A stretch of DNA of 38,796 bases from an uncultured bacterium (GTDB taxonomy: Bacteria > UBP7 > UBA6624). Shown here piece by piece: positions 16,233-26,300 of the stretch (the first letter of the stretch is position 1; each line of letters starts with the position of its first letter). Location: NCBI GenBank assembly GCA_964012435.1, contig CAXGSM010000013.1:1-38796 (forward strand), read 5' to 3'. Position numbers and translations under genes: made by a program. The notes under the pieces were generated by a model. That model did no database searches, was not told the DNA's origin, and was given only the letters and a program-made list of their open reading frames with translations.

Positions 16233-16874
16233 TTGAAAAATTTTGTTAATTTTTGGATTAAGAAAGGCGTCATCATTAAACATCCTGAATCTGTATATAT
16301 TGATGAGAATGCTGAGATAGGTAAGAATGCAACAATCCATCCTTTTTCTTGCATAACAGGCACTACAAAAATAGAGCCAGGATGCGAAATCGGACCTGGT
16401 TCAGATATCCAGAATTCATACATTGCACAAAAGACAAAAGTGGTAAGGTCAACTATTTCAAATTCAAGCATAATGTCTAATTGCAATATAGGGCCTTATT
16501 CCCATATTAGAAACAAGGTAGAAATTGGTGAAAATTGCAGAATTGGTAATTATGTTGAAATTAAAAAATCCATTATTAAAAACAATGTAAAGATAGCACA
16601 TCTTGCTTATATTGGGGATGCTGAGATATTTGAAAATGTTAACATAGGAGCTGGAACCATAACTTGTAATTTTGATGGAAAGAAGAAGAATAAAACGATA
16701 ATAAAAAGTAATAGTTTTATTGGAAGCAATGTATCTTTGATAGCTCCAGTTTGTATAAATGAAAATGTTACCATCGCGGCTGGAAGCGTTATAACAAAAG
16801 ATGTTTCAGAAGGCAGCCTTGGTGTTTCAAGAGTTCAGCAAAAAATAATTAAAAATTGGAAAAATAAAAAATAA
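16233..16874 (+). CDS. Stand-alone GlmU C-terminal domain (glucosamine-1-phosphate N-acetyltransferase, left-handed beta helix)
   Basis: GVIIKHPESVYID, IGPYSHIR, IGNYVEIKKS, HLAYIGDA, NIGAGTITCNFDG and GSNVSLIAPV. No uridyltransferase domain; TTG start 2 nt after the upstream stop. Confidence 0.88.
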   Translation: MKNFVNFWIKKGVIIKHPESVYIDENAEIGKNATIHPFSCITGTTKIEPGCEIGPGSDIQNSYIAQKTKVVRSTISNSSIMSNCNIGPYSHIRNKVEIGENCRIGNYVEIKKSIIKNNVKIAHLAYIGDAEIFENVNIGAGTITCNFDGKKKNKTIIKSNSFIGSNVSLIAPVCINENVTIAAGSVITKDVSEGSLGVSRVQQKIIKNWKNKK

Positions 16875-16875
16875 A

Positions 16876-17334
16876 TTGTCATTTTCATTAATCCTTTATG
16901 AACCATTGATTCCTAGCAACACTGGATCGATCGGTAGGTTATGTGTTAACTTAGGCATAAAGCTTCATCTAATAGAACCTTTAGGTTTTAGCCTTTCAGA
17001 CACAAAGCTAAAAAGAGCAGGCTTGGATTATTGGCCTAGATTAAATTATGAAAAACATGATTCAATTCCAAGCAATCCGAATGGAAGAATTATTGCCTTT
17101 ACAACAAAAGGAGATACCTCATTGTGGGATGTAGATTTTCAAAAAAATGATTTTTTGTTGTTTGGCAGGGAGGATATTGGCCTCCCTGAAGAAGTAAAAA
17201 AAAAATCTGACTTAAGAGTAAGGATTCCCATGATTGCTAATGAAAGGTCATTAAATCTCGCAATGAGTGTTTCTATAGCCTCTTATGAAGCATTGCGCCA
17301 ATTAAGAAGAAATGAAGATTTCAAGCATGTCTAA
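16876..17334 (+). CDS. trmL: tRNA (cytidine/uridine(34)-2'-O)-methyltransferase, SPOUT family
   Basis: LYEPLIPSNTGSIGRLC, LHLIEPLGF, LKRAGLDYW, LLFGRED.GLP and RIPM...RSLNLAMSV. Confidence 0.95.
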   Translation: MSFSLILYEPLIPSNTGSIGRLCVNLGIKLHLIEPLGFSLSDTKLKRAGLDYWPRLNYEKHDSIPSNPNGRIIAFTTKGDTSLWDVDFQKNDFLLFGREDIGLPEEVKKKSDLRVRIPMIANERSLNLAMSVSIASYEALRQLRRNEDFKHV

Positions 17335-17339
17335 AAATC

Positions 17340-18518
17340 ATGATCAAATTTGACAATAAAAAAACAGTTCCTGAATTATTTTTAAGAGCATTAAGCTGCA
17401 TTCCTGAAAATCAAAACTGCTGGATTGTTGGTGGTTTTTTGAGAGATTTATATTGGAAGGATAATGTTAAAGATCTAGATTTAGTTTTAGAGGAAAATGT
17501 GTTAAAGATTGCAAAATTGTTAAAAAAAGAAATTTTTCAAGATAATTGTTTTTTTGAATATTTTGAAAATTTTCGAACCGCTAGGCTTACAAGAGGTGAT
17601 TTAAGTATTGGTTTATCAACTACAAGAAAAGAAAAGTATTCCAATAAAGGGCAATTGCCATTTTGTGAATTTGAAAATGTATCTATTTATGATGATCTAA
17701 AAAGAAGAGACTTCACAATCAATGCGATTGCTTCGCCCGTAGCCTCTTTTGAAGATTCTAGTTTTTCAACACTTGCAGACATGCCATTATCTTATTTACA
17801 GGATCTTGAAAATAAAAATTGGAAAGTTTTCAATACCGATAGTTTTATCGAAGATCCAACCAGGTTAATCAGGCTTTACCGATATAGGTATCTGAATGGA
17901 GGCACTCTTGACAAGAGCACCTTGGAGGCATTGAAGAGAAGGGAGATTGAAAATGTTGCAAAGTTGGTTGCTCCTGAAAGATGGAGAAATGAAATTAAAA
18001 AACTTGTGAAAGAGGGTATTTCATTTTTAGACTCATCCTTTGAAGAGGCGGTTTTGTTGCAAGATATTTTTCAAGGAAGATGGATTAAAGGCTTTGGTTC
18101 CGAATCAATTTTAGGTTTTTACTCCTCTTGTAGAGGGCCAGATGCGCCTTTTGCATGGGCTAGACTTGGAGCAAGAAAAAATGAAATTAAAGCCATAATG
18201 CCAATCAGCTCACCTTCTTTTCCAGAATTTAATCAGGATTGGGATTTGTCAAGAATGGATAACTTGATTGATTCATGGTCTGATTTTTTGATAGATTTAA
18301 CTATGGATGAAAGTACAAAAACAACAGCTGAAAAATTAGAAGAGTATTTGGATTTAAAGAAAAAAATTGAATTGCCTAGTGGAAATGAGCTGAAATTAAT
18401 TGGTATAAAAGGTAAAAGGATTGGACATTATTTGTTTAAAGTCAAAAAAGCAATTTTTAAGGGTTTTTGTAAACCAGATAAAAATAGCATATTAAGCTGG
18501 ATGGAAGAACATGGTTGA
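17340..18518 (+). CDS. Class II tRNA nucleotidyltransferase (CCA- or A-adding)
   Basis: VGGFLRDL...DLDLV, DDLKRRDFTINAIA, SFIEDPTRLIR and PERWRNEI. Context with an M50 protease and trpS. Confidence 0.85.
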   Translation: MIKFDNKKTVPELFLRALSCIPENQNCWIVGGFLRDLYWKDNVKDLDLVLEENVLKIAKLLKKEIFQDNCFFEYFENFRTARLTRGDLSIGLSTTRKEKYSNKGQLPFCEFENVSIYDDLKRRDFTINAIASPVASFEDSSFSTLADMPLSYLQDLENKNWKVFNTDSFIEDPTRLIRLYRYRYLNGGTLDKSTLEALKRREIENVAKLVAPERWRNEIKKLVKEGISFLDSSFEEAVLLQDIFQGRWIKGFGSESILGFYSSCRGPDAPFAWARLGARKNEIKAIMPISSPSFPEFNQDWDLSRMDNLIDSWSDFLIDLTMDESTKTTAEKLEEYLDLKKKIELPSGNELKLIGIKGKRIGHYLFKVKKAIFKGFCKPDKNSILSWMEEHG

Positions 18519-19173
18519 TCAAGCAGCATCAATGTTTCAAAAAATCATACCTATAGCGGCATTGATAACAAGTTTGGTCATGCATGAAGTGGCTCATGGG
18601 GTTGCAAGTATGTTGCTGGGGGATCCTACGCCTGTTAAAAAAGGTAGAATTACATTGAATCCACTTAAGCATCTTGACTTGTTTGGAACCCTTTTTCCCG
18701 CTCTGATGATACTTACCGGTTCTCCTTTTATTTTTGGATGGGCTAAACCTGTTCCTGTTAATCCAGGTTATTACAAAAACTTCAGGCAAGGCTTTGCTAT
18801 TGTCGCATTTGCTGGCCCTTTGATTAATTTTGTATTGGCTTTGTTGTCTGCTGGTTTGTTTAGGCTGATTGAAGTACAGCAGAATCCAGCGGAAGGTTCT
18901 TTTTGGTATCTTCTAGGAATATTTTTTATTTACTCAACTGTGATAAATATGATTCTTGGATGTTTTAACCTTATCCCAGTTCCGCCAATGGATGGATCAA
19001 GAATAATACAGCTTCTTTTCCCAGGGAAGATTGCTCGGAAATGGTTTGCCCTGGACAGGTATGGCCTTGCTTTTGTATTTTTGTTGTTTTTTTTCTTCAG
19101 GGCTCCAATCAATTTTGCTATTGATATTGCTTATTCCATTGCAGTATCCCTTTTGGGTATTTCATTAATATAA
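18511..19173 (+). CDS. Site-2 protease (peptidase M50) family membrane metalloprotease
   Basis: HEVAHG (HExxH), GDPT...GRITLNPLKHLD, FGWAKPVPVN, AGPLIN and FNLIPVPPMDG. Confidence 0.95.
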   Translation: MVDQAASMFQKIIPIAALITSLVMHEVAHGVASMLLGDPTPVKKGRITLNPLKHLDLFGTLFPALMILTGSPFIFGWAKPVPVNPGYYKNFRQGFAIVAFAGPLINFVLALLSAGLFRLIEVQQNPAEGSFWYLLGIFFIYSTVINMILGCFNLIPVPPMDGSRIIQLLFPGKIARKWFALDRYGLAFVFLLFFFFRAPINFAIDIAYSIAVSLLGISLI

Positions 19174-19183
19174 AATATTGATA

Positions 19184-20179
19184 ATGACAAATTATTCAAA
19201 AAATTTACCAAGAGCTGATGTTCTATCAGGAATACAGCCAACCGGAAATTTACATTTGGGTAATCTTTTTGGGGCAATTACAAATTGGGTAGATTTGCAA
19301 AAAAGTTATAAATGTGCATTTTGTGTTGTTGATTATCATGCTTTGACAACTGTACCTGATGCACAAGAGCTTAAAGCCAACACAGAGTCAATAGTGATTG
19401 ACCTTCTGGCATGCGGTATCGATCCAAATAGATCTATATTGTTTGTTCAAAGTGACGTCCCAGAGCATCTTGAGCTGTATTGGATTTTTGCATCTTTAAC
19501 AAGGTACGGAGAACTTGCAAGGATGACTCAATTTAAAGAAAAAGGTGGTAACAGGGAGACAGTTGGGCTTGGTGTTTTAAATTATCCTGTATTGCAGGCT
19601 GCCGATATTTTGCTTTATGGAGCCTCGAAGGTTCCTGTTGGAGAAGATCAATTACAGCACCTTGAATTAACAAGGGAAATCCTCAGAAGATTCAACAAGA
19701 CTCATGGTTTTTTATTTGAGGAAGTTACGGCTTTAACCACTAAGGTTGCTAGAATTTTAGACCTCAAACAATCATCATCAAAAATGAGCAAGAGCCATCC
19801 TGAAGGAGCTGTTTTTATTGATGACAATGAAGATGTAATCAGAAAAAAAATCAAAAAGGCTGTTACGGATACTGGTGATGACCAGCAAGAAATGTCACCT
19901 TCTATAGAAAATCTAATGGGTTTGCTTCGCGCTTGTAATCAAGATCAATATAATTTAATGCTCGATGCTTACAATTCTCAAAATTTAAGATATGGAGATT
20001 TAAAAGTCTCTTTAGGTGATGAATTGTGTGAATACTTGAAGCCAATAAGAGAAGCAAAGAATGAATGGCTTCAAAAGAAGGAAGAAGTACGTGAAATTTT
20101 ATTTGAAGGATCAAAAAAAGCATCCTCCATTGCAAGGCCTAGGCTTGAAATTGCTAGAAAATTAGTTGGTTTAGGTTAG
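19184..20179 (+). CDS. trpS: Tryptophan--tRNA ligase
   Basis: SGIQPTGNLHLGN (HIGH), VDYHALT, YPVLQAADIL, VPVGEDQLQHLEL and KMSKS. Start is ATG 19184 or TTG 19178. Confidence 0.97.
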   Translation: MTNYSKNLPRADVLSGIQPTGNLHLGNLFGAITNWVDLQKSYKCAFCVVDYHALTTVPDAQELKANTESIVIDLLACGIDPNRSILFVQSDVPEHLELYWIFASLTRYGELARMTQFKEKGGNRETVGLGVLNYPVLQAADILLYGASKVPVGEDQLQHLELTREILRRFNKTHGFLFEEVTALTTKVARILDLKQSSSKMSKSHPEGAVFIDDNEDVIRKKIKKAVTDTGDDQQEMSPSIENLMGLLRACNQDQYNLMLDAYNSQNLRYGDLKVSLGDELCEYLKPIREAKNEWLQKKEEVREILFEGSKKASSIARPRLEIARKLVGLG

Positions 20180-20198
20180 ATTATTTTGCCTTTTTGAG

Positions 20199-20225
20199 TT
20201 CAACCCTATAAGGGTTGAAGTTTTT
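20199..20225 (+). terminator. Intrinsic terminator after trpS
   Basis: Inverted repeat TTCAACCCT-ATA-AGGGTTGAA (20199-20219) followed by GTTTTT, 19 nt after the trpS stop. Confidence 0.75.
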
Positions 20226-20252
20226 GCCTTTTATCCTTTTAATGTATACAAT
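20224..20252 (+). promoter_or_regulatory. Candidate sigma70 promoter for the giant lipoprotein gene
   Basis: TTGCCT (20224-20229), 17-nt spacer, TACAAT (20247-20252). SD AGGAGG at 20293-20298 precedes ATG 20304. Confidence 0.45.
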
Positions 20253-20303
20253 AATTGGTTAGACTTATTTGACAATTTTGTATTAACTTGCTAGGAGGCA
20301 ACT

Positions 20304-23300
20304 ATGAACAAAAGATTTTTATTTTTATTAGTAATTTTCGGATTTAGCGCTATCGCTTGTAGTGGTGGTGATGATTCTTCTGGAGGAAGCTCTTCAGGAA
20401 ATGGCGGAGGCAGTGGAGGTGGCAATAATTTTGCTGATGTTGTCTTAACAGATGGACCAACAATTGCAACAAGTTCATCCTTGTCACCTGCGAGAAGATA
20501 TGAGTTAAGCGCTACTGCAAATAATGCTATTGCATATCAATGGTGCTTGAATTCTTCAGCATCAGTAGATCCAGGTTTCTTGATGTATGGGAATACTATA
20601 GGTGTAACTAATATTGCAAATTGTCAGTCCTACATTGAAACTCCTGGCGGAAATGATTCTGTTATTTACTGGCATGCTCCTCTTTTGTCTCAAGATGTGG
20701 ATATTAAAGTTACAGCCGTAGGTGAAGGTTCTGGAAATTCACAATCTTTAGAAAAAGATTTTGAAGTAGGGGTAGCTATATCCATTAACAGCTTGCCAAG
20801 CCCTCTGGCTGGAACTTATTCTGTAAGTGGAACAATCGAAGGTCAAAGATGTTTTGGTACAAGTGCTTGTACAGATGTTAATTTAGCAGTTGATAGTGAA
20901 TTTTTTGCGACTGAACAATTGGGATCTTCTCATAAGTCTTTTGTAGTTTGTGATTCAAATCAAGCTTGGGACTGTAGCGCAACAACAACAACTTTTCTCG
21001 TAGACGCAACTCAAAGTTTTGATTCAGGAAGCGGTGCATTAATTGCACAATTTACAAAAGGTTCCATAGTCAAGTTCAGAGACTTGGATTCTGATCCAAG
21101 GTCTAGCATTGTCAAATGTACAAAATTTGATTTTTTGCCTAGTGATACAGAGTGTCAGGATCCAAATGCTCCAGATGGATTATTGGTTCTGGAAAACCCT
21201 TTAGATGCTATTGTTTCTGATGGTGTTGATGTTTGGAATGTTTCTAGATGGCAATCAAATTGGGATACTCAGGTTAATCCGACAGCAGGAGATGGAACCT
21301 ACCAGTTAGTAGCTCAGGTTACAGATGGTATCAAAAGTGCTCAAGATACAAGAACTGTTGATATCAATAATGAATCTAGTGGGGGAGGAGATAAGCAAGT
21401 TCTCGTAACTTCTCCTAAAAACAATGACATTATTGCTCCTGTTTTAGTTAATTATGGTCCTGATTGTATACAGGGAACTTCTGACGACAATGAACCAGGA
21501 TGGCTTGACACTCAGTCTGGACAATATGTAACAAATGGCTTTAGATGTGTAACTTTTTCTGCAGTTGTTGACACTTCAGTCTCTAATGTAACCTCAGTTG
21601 ATTTTTATGTTGATGGGCAGGTTGCTTGTAGTGATAACAATGGTAATGACGCTGATGGTTGGTCTTGTGTTGCTGAGGCAACTTATTTACCGAGTATTAA
21701 AGTTGGAGGTAGCAATTCATTTAATCCTATTGCTGGTTCCTCAGAGGTTAAGGCTTATGCTAATACTGCAATTACAAATTTCGACTCAGATGAGGTTGAT
21801 TTTGAATTATTAAATTGTGGTACCTTGATATCAGAAGATTTATTAGGTGATTTAACATGGAATATTGCTGATTCTCCTTATTTCTTGAATCAAGATTTTG
21901 AAGTTAAAGGTAACCTAACATTAGATACAAATAATGCAAATAATGACCCTTTGAGAGTTAGGCTCATGAAGCCATCAGGAACTCCTCCTATAGGGGTAGA
22001 TATTACAGGTAGCCTGACAACAGCTGGTTCGAATGGTGTTATATTTGAGCCTGTAACTGTTGGTAACGGTGTGCCTGGCGTTGATAACGGATATTGTCCA
22101 GGCCAGCCACAAAATGCTCCGACTGCCAGTGCTGGAGATTGGGGCCAATTGAAGTTTTCTGCAGGTTCAACTGGATTCTTGGAAAACTTAACTATTAGAT
22201 ATGGTGGTGGAATTAGCGATTTGGTCAGCCCCGCTTTAGAGGCAGGTTTAATTATTCAATCTACTGGTGAACTTGAAGATGGTGTTGATCTTAATAACGA
22301 TGGTGATGCAAATGGTTCTTCGTTAGTTATTGATGGATTAAGCATAGATCATTCCAATGGTACCGGTTTAATTGTTACTGGAAGTCCTTTAATCACCCAA
22401 CCTACAATTAACAGTGGTGATTTAACGGTTTCAAATAGTACTGATTTTGGAATGATAATGCATCCTGCATTCAGTGGTTTGAAAGATTTGAACAACACTG
22501 GCTCCTTACCTGCATTCAGTGGAAATGAAGATGGTGATTCTATTCAGATAGAGGGTGGAAACATACCCCAAGCTCTTTCTGTATTGCTTCAGGACTGTCC
22601 AAATATTTTCACGAATTGTCCTAATTTCTGGGGTGAAGTAAGATGGCCTGCTGTTGTTGGTGCTTATGTTGTAGATGGCCAAATAACAGTTGAAGCTGGA
22701 GCCAGTTTGAGACTTGAAGGAGGAACTGTTGTTAAGTTTTTGACAACTGCTTCTGGAATATCCTCAAGCGGAAGATTAGCCATTGGTGACAGTGAAGGCG
22801 ATAGTGTTTATTTGACTTCTTACAATGATGATTTTGCAGGTGTTTTCAATGTTCCTGGAGGAGGGCTTGTTGATTGTTCTGATGTAAATAGTTCAGGACA
22901 TCCGATATGTGATACAAATAAAGATGGTATATCAACAGGTAGCCCTGGAGAATGGGGAGCTGTTAAGTTTGACATAGGTTCTTTTGGATATGTTGAAGGT
23001 ACTGTTTTAAGGTATGGTGGTGCTGATCCTTCTTTAGGTGTGGTTCAGGTACAAAGTACTTCATTGAGAGAGGGTGATCAAGTTGATTGTGATGATATAG
23101 CTTTACAAGTAATAAGTGGTGATCCTTCTAACCCTTCCAGCGAGGAAGATGATCTTAAAAATAATTGTGTTGTTATTCAAGACAATACGATTATGGATGC
23201 TGGAGGATATGGTATTTCAATCACCGGGCAACCCAATGTTTACCCAACCGTTAGAAGTAATATTTTTACTAGTTTAAGTACTTATCCTGTTCTTCAGGTT

Positions 23301-26300
23301 CCAAGTTACACTGGTATTTCTGATGTACAGAATGATCGATCAGACCCTAGTTTTTGCACTGGTGCCAATTTCCCTGGAGAAAACCCAGGTGATCCTTGTG
23401 AATCAAACGACAACAAATTCTGTGATTGGGATGAAGCAACTGGTCAATGTTTAGCCAATGCAGCATCAGATTCTTTCTATGGAATCAGGATGCTTTTGGG
23501 TAGGGTTACAGATAATGAATTGGCAATATTGAAACCTATGGACAGGGGCAATCACAATGGTGACCAAACAGTAAATGCTCCAACACCAATGCCTTATGTC
23601 GTAGATCAGGACATGTCAGTGGAAGAGGATATTGATGGAGATGGTGTTTCTGGTATATTCTCAATATTGCCAGGTGTTTTGGTTAAGTTGGACTCTTCTG
23701 GTGGTGGAATCTCAGCGGCTGGAACCATTTGTATTGGTTCTTATTGGGATGAAACAAATGAACAATGTGTAATTCCAACACAAGGTGATCCATATTATCT
23801 CCAAGATGCAAACGGAGATCTTGCTGAGGTTGTGTTTAGTTCAATTAGTGAAGATGATATATTGTCAGAAGGTGATACAAATGGTGATGGTTCATCAACT
23901 TCAGCTCAGCCTGGTTCTTGGAGAGGTATAGAGATAACATCGACTTCTAAAAAGAGTTTGATTAATAATGCTGCTATAAGGTATGCTGGTTCTGGGCTTG
24001 GCTCAGCTGTAAAAATAGATGGTGCTTTTGCAAGAGTTCAAGATTCAGTTATAGAGCATAGTTCAGGTTATGGTCTTCAATACAGAGGTGGCGCATCAAG
24101 CTTGTTAAATGTCACTTTGGAAGATGGTTCAGTGGTTGATGACGTGGTAAGAAGTGCTGTAAAAAGAAATGCTTTCTTCAGGAACCAAAAGGCTCCTTTA
24201 TCAATACCTCATTTTTCATCCTTATGTGGAAGGGAGAACACAACAACAGGTGTACCTTTCTTAAATGGTTGTGATGCTACTGGTTTGGATCAAAATAGGA
24301 TTCCTGCTCCAGGGGATTCTCAATTTTCAAATACTGTTTCAGCAGTCCATATACATACTTTAGACAGGACATGTGCTCCTGGGATTTGCTCTGAAGGAGA
24401 AATTGCAGAATTAACACAGCCTGTTAAATGGTCAACAATGTGTTTTTCACTCCCTAGTGGTAACGGGTGGAGTCCAGATTGTGGTACTCCAAATGGTGGA
24501 GTTAATGTGATTGATTCTGGAAATGTTGGTAGAGTTACTCCTTACCTTATTGATTCTCATGTGACTGTTGGAAATGGTGCTGAACTTATTTTGGATTATG
24601 GTTTGGTTGCCAAGTTTGATAATCAGGTATCTGGAATTACGGTTAACGGTTCTTTAACTGCTGCCGGTAACCCTACAGATAATATAAACAATCCAGATGT
24701 TGATGCAAGCGATACACCAAGACCTGGTTTTGGAGATGTTATTTTCACCAGTTATTTTGATGATATGACAGACATTATTTCTTGTGCTGGTGGAGAATGT
24801 GATACAGATGGTTCAGGACTTTCTGAAGGTTCTCGTGGTGATTGGAAAGGTGTTTATTTTGTTTCAAATGAGGATGCTTCAACCTGTCCTGATTCATATC
24901 CATTTAATCACCCTGTTGCTCAAAATGTTTCAAATGTAGAGCCGTGCGGAAGGATTTTTGGTATGGGAATAAGATATGCTGGTGCTGGTAATAGAGGATC
25001 TACAAAAGGTGATATTCTTGATCAAGGTAATATAGTTTTTGATGCTGCTGAATCAGTAATCGTTTCTCATTTGATTTCTGCAGATTCTGCTGAAAATGGA
25101 ATTGTTATTTTGGATAATGAAAACTTTACAGGATCTTTCCCGATCATTACTAACTCCGAATTTAACTTTAATAGTTTCTACCCGATAGTTGCTGATATGG
25201 GTATTGGCAGTGACTTCTTACTTAATGATCCAAACTCTGGTGTGCCAAGTAATACTTATGCAGTAAATAAGATTCCTGCAAGTGGAACAAAAGAGTATCC
25301 TGCTTTTGGTATAAGAGGAGGTCAGATCAGAAACAGGGTTGTTGGTCTTGACACTACCTGGAACAATAACGGAGTTAGCGTTGTTGATAGTTCTGGGAAT
25401 GTTGAAGTGCAGCCAATGCCTTATGTTGTCACTGATTCGATAAGGGTTGGAGATGATAGTGCTGTAGACAACATAGATGTTCATATGAGGATCGAAGCCG
25501 GAGTGGTCGTAAAGATGGGTGATCCTTTCATTTATGGTGAATCAGATGGTGTTGACAATAGGGAAGTCAGCATGATTGTTGATGGTTACCTTCAGGTTGA
25601 TGGAAACTCGAATAACCCAGTGGTTTGGACAAGTATATCTGATGACTGTAACGGAAATGTTGATTCGCTAACTTTCAGCTGTGATGCTGCTTTCCTTGCA
25701 AGTTTTGCTGAAGCGGTTGATACAAATAGGGATCTTATGAGCATGGGTCCTAGCCCTTCAGATTTAAGTGTTGCTGACGAAAGTGATGATAATTGGTTAA
25801 GGCTTGATGGTGATTCTGATGGAGTGTATGAAAAATCTTTCTGGGGCTCTCTTGCCTTAAGGACAAGAATAGATGCTGACCTTAACAATATAAAGGTTCT
25901 TTTTGGTGGTTCAAATCAAAATGCTTCAGTTTTTGGAGCCTCTCCAACTCAGAGAGCAGGAAACCTTACCCTTCAAGGTGAGTCTGCACCAGGTGCTCAG
26001 ATAAGAATATCAGACGCTGAATTTGCTTATTCAGGTGGTCATGGAATAACCAGTTTCAAACAAGGTGGATTAATGGATATTAACCTACACATTAAGGAAG
26101 GATCTAATGTTCATCATAGTTACGGAAGAGGTATTCACATGTCTGAAACACCTTTCAAGATTACTGGTTCTGCTGGAAACGAAACTATAGTGGAAGGTAA
26201 TGGTATCAGATGTTCAAATTCTTTGATTGGAACTCCATTAAAGCCAGGAGTAACAGATGAATGTGATGGTGTTTTTATTGAAAGGACTCAAGACCCAACA

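Noticed and set aside
20269..20297. Perfect TTGACA upstream of the giant gene as a -35 element
   Set aside because: The position 17 nt downstream is TAGGAG, which is the SD and a poor -10, leaving no room for a leader.
22464..22522. 14-bp direct repeat CCTGCATTCAGTGG within the giant gene
   Set aside because: It only encodes PAFSG twice; there are two copies, no array structure and no sign of recombination or diversity-generating retroelement features.
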